The notes under the pieces were generated by a model. The model saw nothing but the letters and a program-made list of their open reading frames with translations. It made no database searches and was not told where the DNA came from. Positions 26,150 through 39,342 of a stretch of DNA of 64,000 bases are shown in pieces. The position numbers and the translations under genes are program-made. Source of the DNA: the human T2T-CHM13v2.0 reference genome, Homo sapiens; assembly GCF_009914755.1 (NCBI RefSeq), contig NC_060944.1; one strand, written 5' to 3'. Every line of letters starts with the position of its first letter. Positions within the stretch are counted from its first letter, which is position 1.

Positions 26150-27435
26150 GATGAATGGACTCCTGCAGAAACAAGACGGGCAGCTACAAGAAACAATGTG
26201 GAGAGTTAAGAGCTCAGCAGAGGCCAGAAACGAGAGCTGGGAGGAGCAGGAAAAAATGTCAGCTTCATGCTGCGGAAATCTTGAGGATAGCTATGGACAT
26301 TTGGACAGTCTACATTTGGGATTCAAACACCCAGGTTATGATGAGATTCTGTGGTCCTTTCAAGCTGGAATTGTTGGTGACCTGAACAAATTTATTGTGA
26401 AAATAACAGGAACAGGTAAGCCAGTCAGGACCCTCAGGCCATAGATACACAGACAGGGGATGTGTCCTGCATTCCATGAACACAGGGGTTCTGACCTCAG
26501 CTGTTCATCTCTCCACGAATCTGCTTTTTCCTTGAGCTTGTGTGAGATTACGCCCGTATTTGTCAGTGTTACCATCATTTGACCTGGATATGCCACAAAA
26601 GCCAAAGACTATTATTTGGAACTTGGGTTTGGGGTAAATATTTACCTTGTTACCAAATTCCTCCCTTTGGTCCCCACTTCTTCCTGAGTCATGCCTGAGG
26701 CAGTCCCTTTCTGGAACCCTCCAGTTATCTGCACCAATAAATCCTTTTTTCCCCTCAGACTGTGGGGTTGGGTTTTCCATCGTTCAGCAAATGAACAATT
26801 CCCAATTTATAGAAACCAGAGAAGGTAGGTACAATTACCCTCCCAATGTTACTGAACCAAAGCTGGGTCTGCTCACCTGGTGCAGCAAAGCCAAGCACTG
26901 ACACTGAGGTTTGTAGCAAGAGAAACAAGGCTTTAAGGTAGGGCACCAGCAAGGAGAATCAGGCAGCTGATGCTTGAGATGCAAACTTCTTAGGGGCTTA
27001 TAAGGAAGGGTTTTTAAAGGCAGGGGTAAGTTTCAGGAAAGGAGAAGTTGCCAGCAAAATCATAAACCAATACATGGATGTTACATATTGGTCTACCTTT
27101 AAAAAGGCAGGATATTTTGGATTGGGGGCTTGAAGGTCACAGGTGGATTCAGAGATTCTTTGATTTGCAATGGATTTAAAAAACAAGGTTTGTCTAAAAT
27201 ACTTAGGGTCAGCTGAAAGGAATGTTAAGGTTTGGCCTATAGGTGTGACTCTCTACAGGCCCCTCAGGAAGAGATTTAGAACAAAATTGGGGGTCAGGTT
27301 CAGTCCCAGTTCCCCTTTATCTGAGGTCTGCATGAAAACAGTCAGCATTTTCCATCTGGTGGGGTCCTAGCTCCTGAAAAACAACTCACTCAAGGACATG
27401 GGTCAAGATGTTCTCTTTTACTTTCTATAGGGAAC

Positions 27436-27970
27436 TGGGATGGTTGAGTGTCAACTTGATTGGATTAAAGGATACAAAGTATTGTTTCTGGGTGTGTCTG
27501 TGAGAGTGTTGCCAAAGGAGATTAACATTTGAGTCAGTGGACTAGGAAAGGCAGACCCACCCTCAATCTGGCTGGGTACCATCTAATCAGCTGCCAGTGC
27601 AGCTAGAATGTAAGCAGGCAGAAGAACACGGACCGACTAGGCTTGCTGAGTCTTCCAGCCTTCATCTTTCCGCTGGATGCTTCCTGCACTCAAACATCAG
27701 ACTCCAAGTTCTTCAGCTTTTGCACTCTTGGACTTACACCAAGAGTTTGCCAACGGCTCTAGGGCCTTCAGCCACAGACCGAAGTCTGCAATGTCGGCTT
27801 CCCTGCTTTTGAGGTTTTGGGACTTGGACTGGCTTCCTTGCTCCTCAGCTTGCAGATGACCTATTGTGGGACTTCACCTTGTGATTGTGTGAGTCAATAC
27901 TCATTAATAAATTCCCTTTCGTATATACATCAATCCTATCAGTTCTTTCCCTCTAGGGAACCCTAATACA
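27436..27970 (+). mobile_element. MLT2A (ERVL) solo LTR
   Basis: GAGTGTCAACTTGATTGGATT...CCCTAATACA; 5-bp TSD GGAAC. Confidence 0.9.
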
Positions 27971-28037
27971 GGAACCTAACATCTTGTGACTCTGGCTTAC
28001 TTGGGTGGCTTTTATTATTACCTTCTTGCTTAGCAGG

Positions 28038-28442
28038 TGACATGGTTTGGATCTGTGTCCCTGTCCAAATCTCACGTGGAATTGTAATCCCCGATGTTGG
28101 AGGTGAGGCCTGAAGGGAGGCGACTGGATCATGGGAGCGGTTTCTCATGGATGGGTTAACAGCATCCTCTTGGTGCTGCTCGTGATAGAGCTCGTGAAAT
28201 CCGGTTGTTTAAAAATGTGTAGCACCCACTCCCCCTTCTCTTTCTCCTGCTCAACCATGTGAAGTGCGGGCTCCCCCTTTGCCTTCCGCCATGATTGTGA
28301 GCCCCCTAAGGCCTCCCCAGAAGCAGATGCTGCCATGCTTCCTGTACAGTCTGTGGAAGCATGAGCCAACTAAACCTCCTGTCTTTATAAATTGCCCAGT
28401 CTCAGGTATTTCTCTACAGCAGTGCAAGAATGGACTAATATA
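28038..28442 (+). mobile_element. MSTA/MSTB (MaLR) solo LTR
   Basis: TGACATGGTTTGGATCTGTGTCCC...GGACTAATATA; 5-bp TSD GCAGG. Confidence 0.9.
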
Positions 28443-29925
28443 GCAGGTTATTCATTTACTTCCCTAATTGCTGGCTGCAGAACTAGTTAGGTGCTTGGAA
28501 TCTTCCTTGAAGGGACTCAAATTTTTTCCTTTATCTTTATGTGGGTGGGTGTTGCGGGGGGGTGGGGGGGAGCCTGGCAGACCTCTAAAAGGGGTCCCTG
28601 CTCCATCTCACCCGTTATACAGACAAAGACACTGAGGGTACTTCCACCTTACACCCTGCCACGCCTGGATTGCCCACCTCTGTTCTCTCCCAGCCAAAGC
28701 AAAGAGAAAAAGAGATAATGCTCACACCCCATTGGCCATGTTTTTGTCACAAGGAGGCCTGGAAAATGTAGTCTTTATTCCAGGAAGCCAGGCTCCCTGC
28801 TACCAGGAGGAATGCTGAGGTCATCCAGCAGTCTCTGCCATAGCTGGGTAACCCCCACCTGTCCCTGTCCCCCATGGGGCAACTTTGAGTGCAGGACAGA
28901 GGACCCACAAGCCTCACACCAACCTGGCAGGACATCTTCATCACATAGCCTGGCCAGGTCATCCCCAGAGGAGGACAGCACTGGGGTCTGGGCAGAACCA
29001 AGGCTCTGGACAGGCCAGAGGGGAAAGGCGTAAGCAATGAAGGGAGCAATATCCACAAAGGCCCCACACCTTTCCTGGGTGCTGCTGGCTTCTTCCCACA
29101 CCAGACATCTGAGACAGAGGCTGCGGTGAGAGGATCTCATGGTCAGTCACTCTTGCATTGGATGGGAAACTCCCACCTTTGAATGAAATGCTAATTATAG
29201 CCTCCATGTACAGTCTGTTACCTGCTAAAAATACGCTGTCTTATTCTAGTCTCTGCAGGTGCAGCCGAGTTGGGGGAAATAATGCTGTTTTTAGCATGAG
29301 TACAAGGAGACAACCGAATCCTAGACTCTTGGGGACAGCGTCTGTCTGTCTGGGAACTTGTTTCCAGGAGTGTGACCGATGTGAAGGGCCAGGCAGAGGA
29401 AGTGCTGCAACCCCAGGGGCACAACAGAGCAGAGCTAACTGTGGGAGGAAGCGTCTTCCAGGCTCAGGCTCGCAGTGGAGGCAGCCTCAGCTTCCAGGGC
29501 TGACAGACATTCGTCATCACGGCAGGAGGGAGACTGTTAAAACAGGCACTGAGGGAGTGCAATGGGGCCCCCCAATCCATCCAAGAAAGCCCGAAAACAG
29601 GGATGTTGGAATGAGATGGGGAGGAGAAGGTCCCAAAGACAGTAGAGGAGGCAGGTATGGGGAAGGATTGAGAGATGTCATTTGTTCATTCATTTATTCT
29701 ACAAATATTTATTGAGTCCTACTATGCACCAGGCACTCTGCTAAGTTCTGGGTTAAAGTGACAGATAAGGTCGCTGCCCTCATTTATTAAAATATATTTC
29801 AACATATATGGAGTCAGGAACTGACCTAGGCACTGGAGACACACAGTAAAGAAAAACCCCTCCCTCTTGGAGCTTGAATTCTAATTAGGGAGGGAGAGTC
29901 TGATGTTCCTTTCCCAAGAACAAAT

Positions 29926-30296
29926 TGTATATGTCCGTTTTCGCTCTGCTGATAAAGACATACCCTAGACTGGGTAATTTAAACAAGAAAAAGGGTCTCA
30001 TGGACTTCCAGTTCCACGTGGCTGGGGAGGCCTCACGATCATGGCAGAGGGCAAGGAGGAGCAAGTCACATATTACATGGATGGCAGCAGGCAAAGAGAG
30101 AGAGCTTGTGCAGGGAAACTTCCATTTTTAAAACCATCAAAGCTCATGAAACCCATTCACTATCACAGTAAGAGTGCAGGAAAGACCTGCCCCATAATTC
30201 AGTCACCTCCCACCAGGTTCCTCCCACAACACATGGGAATTGTGGGAGTTACAATTCAAGATAAGACTTGGGTGGGGACATAGCCAAACCATATCA
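29926..30296 (-). mobile_element. THE1 (MaLR) solo LTR
   Basis: GCTGATAAAGACATACCC...CCAAACCATATCA; TSD CAAA(T/C). Confidence 0.9.
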
Positions 30297-31994
30297 CAAA
30301 CCAACAAGGAAAGGATGACAAGAGCTGGGGACTTCCATGGGACCCTCCCATCCTTGTCCCTGGGTCTCCAGTTCAGCCTTCCAGGTCCAGGAGGTGTTGG
30401 CTTTCCCACCTGGCCACATCTGCTGCTCAGTTTCTCTCTTGTGCCCTTCGAAAGGTTCAAACCAGCACCCTCAGCCCTGATATTCCCCCTCACTCTGGGG
30501 ACATGACCACAGGGTCCAAGCAAGCCAGACGGCAGGGGAAGCCTCACCTCACTTCCACCTTCCGGATCTAGATAAGAGGATCCAGTTGGCAGAGCCAAAT
30601 TCACATACAGACCCAAGTTGCGTGAGATTTTGGGAAATGCCATTTTTAACATCCAGGCTCTACTCAGGAAGCAAAGAAAGGAGGGCAGTGGAGCAGGTGG
30701 CCAGGCCAGGTGGGACTACCCCTGCTACTCACCACCCAGGCTCGCCCCTCCACCCACTCCTGAACTTCCAAACACAACATTTCCTCTGCCTACTCCCGTG
30801 ATCCTGTGCAAAGGACAACACCCCCTGCCCAGGGAGGCCAGAGTCCACCAGTGCTAAGAAATGGGCCAAGAGTGGGAGGAACAGCCGTCTTCCTGCCCCA
30901 GGAAACTCGACATTGGCTGCAGCTTGAGAGGGGTCCATGGTGCCAGAGGCCCCTGCATCCCCTCAGACTGGCTCCTCCTACCCCTGCAGAGATGCCCCAG
31001 ACCAGAGAAACTGGCCCCTGCCCCTATGTGCAATGACCCCTGGGGCATCACCTGTGAATGAGCCCACAGGAGGAAGGTCACAGCCAGCACTCAGGCTTTA
31101 GAAGGGTCCGACCTAGAATCGATGACACCCTAAATGGAGGGTCAGAAGAGGGTTCCCCCAGTTATAAATTCCTCAAAGCTTCAAAGAGGGCCGTTTCCCT
31201 GCAAGCTGAGTATTGAGGCTGCTGCTGGGTTCTATATGGTCAGAAGGGGGTACGCTGCTGTGGAGACAGACATGCTGTATAGACATCACACCCACAACCT
31301 GCAAAAGTTCACACAGCAGGATGCTGCACAAAGTCACCAAATGCAAAGTTCACCTGGCATGAATATTCAATTGCCTGCTCCTGGAAATGGTGTTTCTATC
31401 TTTATCGCTCACGGGCAGAATTGCTGTGGAGTTTCTCATATCACTGACATTGACCTCTGGTGGGCCAGTCAGGTGATAGCCTCAGAAGGCTGCTCCAGCC
31501 CAGCTGGGACGGATCCGTCTCCACAGCACGGGATGTTTGCTTGAATTCGACTAATACCTACCCTCAGGAAGGACCATCTTTGCTGTCAGCTCTGGTTTTA
31601 TGATCTCCTGTGAAAGGGAAGACATGTCTCCATCCAGGGTCAAGGCTCCAAGCCCTTCATTCTCACCCGCAGGTGGATCCCAGTGTAACAGGAAGTTGAA
31701 CATCATTCCCCACTGGAGTTGGAGACCCAGACACCCCCTGCAGCTCCACAGGTGCGGGGAAATCAGGTGCCTCTGCCTTTTCCTGGTGGGGTCAGGGACT
31801 GGAGTCTGGAATAAGAGAGTGGGAGGTCACCGAGGGGAAGATGGCATCTGGGGAGAGGAAACACCTGGGAGAAGCTATTTGCATTTTGTCATTTCAGAAG
31901 CCAGATGTTGGAATGCAAAGAAATTCTACTCACAGTAACACAGTGAGAACATTTTCACAAACAGTTTTCCACGGATGTGAACAGGTTAGAACCC

Positions 31995-32235
31995 TGAGCT
32001 TTCTAGAGCACAGCCTCTGGAGGCAGATTCTCTGGGTTCAAATCCCAGTCCACTGTTTACTAGCTGTGTGACCTTGGGCAGGTTACTTAACCTCTCTGTG
32101 CCTGAGTGTCCTCATCTGTAAACTGAGGATAATGATAGTTCCTGTTACATAGGATTATTGGACAAGTTAAGGCAAACAATATCAGCAAAGTGCTCAGTGC
32201 ACCATCTGCCTATGGGAGGCAAGGGTTTAAAATGT
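31995..32235 (+). mobile_element. MIR
   Basis: GGGTTCAAATCCCAG...TGTGACCTTGGGCAGGTTACTTAACCTCTCTGTGCCT. Confidence 0.9.
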
Positions 32236-34381
32236 TAGGCATCATCACCCTCATTTGGTTGCACTGAATTTCATGTTGATTATTGGCTTTATATTATTAC
32301 TGATGTTTTATATTGATTATTGGCTTTATATTGATTACTTCTGATTATTACTGATTGGTTTTATATTGAGTATTATATGGCATCTGATAACATTCTCATG
32401 ACCTTCATTCTTCATTCCTGGCCCTACAGCATCATGTGTTTTTCATGCTGGGATCAATTCCATTCCCTTCATCCGACCTTTCCCTGCAGAAACACAGCCA
32501 GGGAAAGGAGCTCTGAGGTTATCCCCCATCTTTACCACAATCAGCAGCCACGGATGTCCCTGAGAGCCCAGAGCAGGTGCTGGCCCATCGTCCCTCAGAA
32601 GGTGGCACTCTACGCTCTACAGAACATGTGCTTCCCATTCCACCTTCCAGCATCTGCTAATCCTGGATGGCTGCCCAGCCTTGCCCTGGCCTCCCTTCCT
32701 GCTCATGAGCATCCCCTTCCCCACACAGCAGTTAGAGGAATCCTTCTCATGCTGAATCAGCTCCAGGCACCTCTCTGACCACAACCCTCCAGTGCCCCCA
32801 TCACAGGACAGACTGATCAGGTCCTGCCTCCTCTCAGTTCCCATCTCTGCCCAGGCTCCCCTCACACTTGCCCTCGGTCACTCCAGCCTCACTGCAGTGT
32901 CCTACTCTCCACCTCAGCTTGTCCCACCTTAGGTCCTTCTATCAAGAGTGACCGTCCCTGAATATGCCCACCCTCAACTGGCTCCTCCTCGTTACGAAGA
33001 TCAAGCGGCACCACCTCAAAAGCCCTCCCGACACCCCAGTCCAACATCAGCCACCCCCTCCCATCTGTTAGGTCACTCTCCCCTCCTGGAATGTAAGTCC
33101 CAAGAGGACAGGGATGCTGGCAGTGCTGGCCACTGCTGCATCCCCAGCACCCAGCGCCCAGGACCCAGGAGGTACTCAGTGACATTTGTGGGGCACGTGA
33201 TGAATCAAAGTGGCCTGGGACTGCAGGTGGGAGCAGCGCCCCCTCGGCAGCATGGGGGGTTGTAATAATAATGTCACCTGTGTTTACAGCCTGCTTCACA
33301 ACCTGCAGAACTTAAGCACCCACCATCCCTGAAAGAGAAAGATAAACACAAATCCAGACGTTTAGCCAGAAAATGAAGGGAAGACGGAAAGGTTTAAAAA
33401 TGAGCGAGAGCATATGTTTCTTCCTGGCTTCAAGATAAAAGAGGATACCCAGAGGAGAAAAGCACTCAAAAAACATGATGCTTTATTCAAAAATTAGCCC
33501 ACAGCAGAGTGTCAGGGAATCTGTAGTAACGAAGACTCTGGGATAAATTCTTTTAAATTAAGAAGCAGAAGGAGAAAAGGCAGCAGCCCTGAGCCTCGAC
33601 TTTGGAATGTCCTCCATCCATCTGCATCTGTCATCAGCTGGCAGAGCGGGTGCATGGCAGGGGGAGCCAGGGCCACCATTCCTCCCTTCAGCCCTTTCTG
33701 CTCTCAGTTTAGGGATCACCAATGTTTGATGGCTTGTCTCTCAAGAGTGATTAGAAGCAAAGCTGCCCATTACAGGCTAAATATCAAAGCGTTCCTACAG
33801 AAATCTCACTTCCTAAGCTCAAAGCCCTGATTCTGGGCTGCCTCTTGACCCAACTCATCTGGGACCCTGACTGGCACCAGCAGACGACAATGGGCTGACA
33901 CACACCGTGCTTACTTTAGACCGGGGAGTGCAGTTCTGAGCTCTCCGGGTGTGTGAACTTACTTAATCATCACCTGAACTCAACGATGCTATTGGGATTC
34001 AGCTCACAGATGAACAGAGCCAGGCTGGGCAGAATCAATGCTCCCTGGGCCCATGGCTGCAGGACAGCAGAGCCACTTCCAGGACCCCCGGCCAGCACAA
34101 GGCCCACACCACTGACCACTGACGGTGCTCTGTGATGGAAGAGGGGCCTCAGCGACAGCCCCAGATACCAATATTGCTCCAAGTGCCTCTTTCCAGGAAA
34201 CAGTCCTCTTCTGAGACAGTGAATCCAGCATAACAGGACAGTGAACAGACTTTTCCAGAGCTCTCAGAATCATGGCTGCAGTTCTACAGCTTCAAAGCGA
34301 GTGTGCAAACATCCACAAGAGTCCCTGGCCTCCACCCCAACAAGAGAGAGACATTGGAAAGGTGATTCCTGGGAGGGTGTG

Positions 34382-34774
34382 TGATAAGAGTTTGGATATT
34401 GGACCCCTCCAAATCCCACGCTGAAGTGGGGTCCCCAAAGTTGGAGTTGGGGCCTAAAGGGAGGTGTTTGGGTCATGGGGCAGCTGCCTCATGAAGAGCT
34501 TCATACCCTCCCCATGGTAATGGCTTCTTAGTCTATGAGTTCCTGTGAGAAATGACTAGTTAAAAAAGCCTGGCACCCCTCTCCTCTCACCACGTGATCT
34601 GCATACACCAGCTCCCTTCCCATGCCATGAGTGCAAGCAGCCTGAGGCCTCACCAGAAGCAGACGCTGGCACCATGCTTCCTGTATAGCCTGTAGAACCA
34701 TGAGCCAAACAAACCTCTTTATCAATTACCCAGCTTCAGGTATTCCTTTATAGCAGCATAAATGGACTAAGACA
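34382..34774 (+). mobile_element. MST (B1/C/D-like) LTR
   Basis: GGGAGGTGTTTGGGTCATGGGG...TGGACTAAGACA. Confidence 0.8.
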
Positions 34775-34776
34775 GA

Positions 34777-35000
34777 GTCTTAAATCAGTTTGGGCTGCTA
34801 TAACAAAATATTATTGACCAGGTGGCTTAAACAACAAAAATTTATGTCCCACAGCTCTAGAGGCTGGGAAGCCCAAGATCGAGGCACCAGCAAATTCAAT
34901 GTCTGGTGTGGGCCTGCTTCCTGGCTCACTTATGGCACCTTCTTGCTACATCCTTACAGGGCAAAAATGGGAGAACAAGCTCACATTCTCCTTTCCTAAG
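34777..35000 (-). mobile_element. MLT1A/MSTD-like LTR fragment, tail-to-tail with the previous LTR
   Basis: TTTGGGCTGCTATAACAAAAT...GGTGGCTTAAACAACA...CTAGAGGCTGGGAAG. Confidence 0.75.
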
Positions 35001-35109
35001 ATAACTTCAGTGTTGTCAAGGGGTTCACCTCTTCCCATGCAACCCCTGTGGCCTAGGATCCTCCACTCCAGGGTGATTCTGTTCAGTCTGAGCCTGTTCG
35101 CATACGGCA

Positions 35110-35510
35110 TATGCCCCTGCTGATTGGTATTTGCCCAGGGCTGGGGGCAGGTATGCCAAAATAGGCCAAATACACTAAAGGAAAGGACTTGTAGTGCATG
35201 CTTTGGGGGAGTTTTTCTCCTGTCTTTACCCAATGGGCCTGCACATACTGCCATGTGGCCTCACACGCTGGTGGCAGCGGTCTTGTGACGAGGAGGTGAA
35301 CCAACCTCAGAACATAGCCAATAGAGTGAGCAGCAAAGCGGAGGCCAATTAACCCTGGATCTCTGCGGACATCGTAAAGCTGCTGAATCAACCTCCCCAG
35401 AGGTCCAGCTCCTGGCTGGTCTTTGAACTGGGAGATAACAAGTTCCCTTACCATGTTAGAGTCATTAGAGGTTTCAGTTACTTGCAGGCAAAAAGCAAGC
35501 TAATCGACAC
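35110..35510 (+). mobile_element. Old MLT1 (I/J/K-like) LTR
   Basis: 3' end TTTCAGTTACTTGCAGGC...CTAATCGACACA. Confidence 0.5.
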
Positions 35511-36415
35511 AGCATCTTTTCCAAAAATCCTTCTCTGATCCCCCCAGCAACCAGCAATTCCCCCCTTCTCGGAGCCTCAGGGACTTTTCTCACCAGACTA
35601 ACCCGCTGTATCGTGTGTGCCATTTATGTCGTATCGCCCCCATGAGCCATGGGCCCAAGGAGAATAAGATCTAAGTCATTTCTCTCCTCCTGAGCCCAGG
35701 GCCTTACATTTAACAGGGGCTTTGTAAATGTCATGGCACAAATGAAAGAATAATTTAGAAGCCAGGTATCTCCACTTTAGATTTATGTAAAGAAACACAT
35801 TACTGTTACTTCAACTGCTCTTTCAGACTGTATGGAAGTATTTTTATGTCAGTAGAGATGAATGTTAAGATGTTTTGTTGTAATAAACTGCATGTCCATA
35901 AACGCCCTATCCCTCTTTTCCCCCAGTCAACAGCATCTGAAGACTCAGCAACTTTCTTCCAGCAAATGATGTCCCTCTTTAAAGTTCACACTCTCTTTAA
36001 CAGATGTAGAAATTCCAACAAACACATCTGGACAGGTGGTTACCAAGATAACTCTCCAAAATAGGTCCAAAATGGGACTCGGGGCCACCAGTGAGATTTT
36101 CAACAATTCATCCCCCCATGAACTGTGAGGGCCACCCATCCTTATCACAAATAAACCTTGACATCCCAGGATACGACGCAGGCTGGGCCTTGCAAAGAGG
36201 AAATACAGACTCCCTTGGGTGACCTCAGAATAGGATTTCAGGAAGGGGAGTGGTGGTCGTGCTGTAAGGTCAGAGTGGACCTGATCTTACGGAGGCTGTG
36301 GAAACCAAGAGCAGGAACCCCCAACATCCAGCTTGGGACCATGGCACACCACTGCACGTTTCTGAAATCTCATCTCCCCGAAAGCCTACCCCTCTCACCA
36401 TCTTACTTACCATAG

Positions 36416-36900
36416 TGATGTAGGCCAGGGAAGCTCCAAAGTGGAGCTTAGCCTGAGAGGGTTCTTGGCTTTGCCCAGGAAAGAATTCAAGGGCAAGCCA
36501 GAGGTAGAAGAAAACAGCTTTATTGTAGCAGCAGTGTTACAGCTGAAGTATTACAGCTCTGTGACTGCTTCTGCAGAGCGGGGCTACCCCACAGGCAGAG
36601 AGTAGCAGCTCAGGACAGTTTTGCAGTCACATTCATACCCACCTTTAATTGCACACAAGTTAAGGGGCAGTTTACGCAGAAATTTTGGGGGAAGGGGTAG
36701 TAACCTTTGGATCACCGAGTCATTGCCATGGAAAGGGGCAGTAACTCTCAGGTGTTATGGCAACAGTAAGTTGACATGGCACACTGGTGGGGGTGTGTCT
36801 GATAGAAAGCTACTTTTGCCCTGGCCCTGTTTCAGCTAGTCCCCAATTTGATCTGGTGTCTGAGCCCTGCCTCTCGAGTTGAGTCCTGTCTCCTACCTCA
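36416..36900 (-). mobile_element. ERV1 solo LTR, LTR19-like, intact
   Basis: TGATG...CCTACCTCA termini; TSD ATAG at 36412-15 and 36901-04. Confidence 0.88.
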
Positions 36901-36959
36901 ATAGTAAACGGCAACTCAGCCCTTCCAGTGGTCTAGCCACCTCTTTCACCTCCACCATG

Positions 36960-37850
36960 AATACCACAGCCCAGGCATCCATCACCTCACACCAGACCGC
37001 AGCAGTGCCTCCTCTCTCATCTCCCCAACTCCACTCCTGTTCTCCATGCAGTTCATTCTTCACACACAGCCAGAGGTACTCGCTACCAAATCCTCTGTCC
37101 AAAACCCCTGGGCATGTCCCATCTCATCAGAACACAATCCAAAATTCCGTATCGTGTAGAGTGAACGACTTGTCCCAGCTTTCTGAAGACTGCCCCAGTT
37201 GTATCACTCAAAGTCCTGTGTCCTGGCAAACCTCAGTCCAGGCAAACCAGGAGGGTTGGTCACCCCAGGATCACAACATTCAAGGCCCCCACATAACTCA
37301 GACCATCCTCCCCCTTGCTCACTCCACTACAGTGGCCACACAGGCATTCTTGTTCATTCTAGAACATGCCAGGCACACTCCTACCACATGGAGGGCCTCT
37401 GCACCGGCTGTTCCCTCCAACTGGAGCATGCTTCCCCCAGATGTGCACCTGAAAGACTCCTTGGATTCCTCCAAGCCTGTGCTCAAATGGCACACTTCAG
37501 AGAGGACTTCCACGCCCCCATGATCTAAAGTAAAGTAGGCCCTAGACACTTGATTGAAAAGCCCTGCTTTATTGCTTGTTTTTTATGGCATCTATTACTA
37601 CCTAGAATAGCACACATACTCATATATGTATGTACATGTTTGTGTGGCATATGTGCATGCACATGTATGTCTATGTGACTGTATCTGTGGTGGGGCAGGC
37701 TGTGCCTATTGTTCACTGCCCCTGAACTCCCCTGGAACATCAGCTCCCGGAAAACGGCCCTGGTCTGTTTCATCCACAGCTGCATCGCTGGTGCCTAGAG
37801 CGTGCCTGGCACGTAGGAGCTGCTCTGTAAAGAGCAGATGAATGAATGAA
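36960..37850 (+). mobile_element. L2 fragments containing a MER81-like MITE (37157-37267)
   Basis: L2 3' end GTGCCTGGCACGTAGG...ATGAATGAATGAA; MER81 TIR TAGAGTGA...TCACCCCA. Confidence 0.7.
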
Positions 37851-39175
37851 CGGTACACTCTTCTGAAAGTGTTGCCTCCATGGAGAACTCAGGGAGACAG
37901 ACACAAGCTGCCTGGCCCAGGGTATCTGAACCCAGCGGCTGGACTCCTTGTCCAGTGTTCCTTCAGGGTAAGAGCTAAGGTTGCATTTGTGTTTTTCTTC
38001 TCAGCCCAGAGGACCTTTTTGCAATTTTCTGGCCATGGGAACCATCGCAGAAGCCAGTCACCAAGCTTGGCCTCGGTGAACATGCTCTCCTAGAACGAGC
38101 CTCAGACCTTCGGATCTGCCCATCTCCAACAACCCAGTTCCTGGACAGTCACCCCAGGCAGCTCCCCTATCCATTAGGACAGAGCTAGACAATTAGGGTG
38201 TAGAGCTTGGTGAATCCTGAGGGCTCATCTCAGGCCACCCCCGCTCTAGTGAGGAACCTGCAGGCAGAGGAGGGACATGACTGGCCACTGAGAGCGTTGC
38301 AGGCAGAGTCGGCAAGACCAGCTTTCTCCCACCGCAGAGCACTTTCTCGATGGAAGATTCTAGGAGTCTTTACCCAATTCCATTCTCTCACCCTTCTTGC
38401 AAGTCAGCAGGGCAGAGACAGGGGCAGCAGAGCCCCACTTGGCAAACAAAGAAGCTGAGGCACAGCCAAGGTCAGTGACTCACCTTTCTTCAAAGAGCTA
38501 ATTACTGTGGGGCCCCAGCAAGATGGTTACAGTGTGGGCCCTGAGTCGTGGCCTGGGCTAGGTCCTGGCTCTGCCACTTTCAAGCTGAGCAAATTGCTCA
38601 CCCCTGTGTGCCTCAGTTTCTCCATCTATAGAACTGGTAATAGGCGTAATTGACCTGTGGCTTTTACGAGCACAATGAAACCCAGGCATCACCAATGGGA
38701 GGAGCCCAGCCCTGGAGGCAGATGCCAGTTCCACCCCACCCGCCCCTCCACCCACAGGCTCTGAGGCTCCCCCGACCCCTTTGCAGATGGAAATAATGGC
38801 AGCACCTCTGGCACAAGGCAGTTGTGAGAACTGATGGTGATGTTTCACTGGTTTCTTTCAATGCTTCTTGTTTTGTTTTGGAAAACAACCAGAGCAGTGC
38901 CTCCACACAGCAAGCGCAATATAAGTATTTGTTAAATAAAAATATGGAGAACACACGTATAGTGCTTAGGCCAATGTCTGATGTAAGTGATGCTTTTAGT
39001 GACAAGGACCAGAGCGTGAGTCATCCTGACCCTCCTGCTTCCCTCCCGTCCATGGTAACCCCCAGGCCACATCTCAGACTCACGGGGCCACTTGAATGCC
39101 ATTTCTTCTCAGAGGTGACCTTGCTCTCTCTGCTTCCATATGCCACTGCCCACCTCCTCCAGACACCCTGTCTCC

Positions 39176-39342
39176 CACACACACACACACACACACTCAC
39201 ACACACATCATGCACATTCACACACGTACAGACTCACACACTCATATACTCACTCATTCAAATGTATACAGTTACACACCCTCACACATGAACATAGTCA
39301 AAAACAAACACACACATACACACTCACACAGACTCACACACA
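39176..39342. repeat. Degenerate (CA)n microsatellite
   Basis: Seen directly. Confidence 0.9.

Larger units (their letters stand above)
26847..28610 (-). mobile_element. ERV1 MER4-group LTR (subfamily uncertain) hosting two nested LTRs
   Basis: TGTTACTGAACC...GGGGTCCCTGCTCCATCTCA termini; host sequence resumes after each TSD. Confidence 0.7.

Noticed and set aside
29158-29715. 185-aa ORF
   Set aside because: No recognisable domain; ends in an antisense L2 tail
32275-32376. Degenerate TTGATTATTGGCTTTATA repeats
   Set aside because: Low-complexity local expansion next to a MIR; no further structure
22416-36900. Two same-orientation LTR19-like LTRs as the ends of one provirus
   Set aside because: The second LTR has its own TSD (ATAG on both sides), and the 13 kb between contains MIR/L2 and no gag/pol/env
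36879-37523. 214-aa Ser/Thr/Pro-rich ORF
   Set aside because: Chance read-through across the LTR19 end, L2 and MER81
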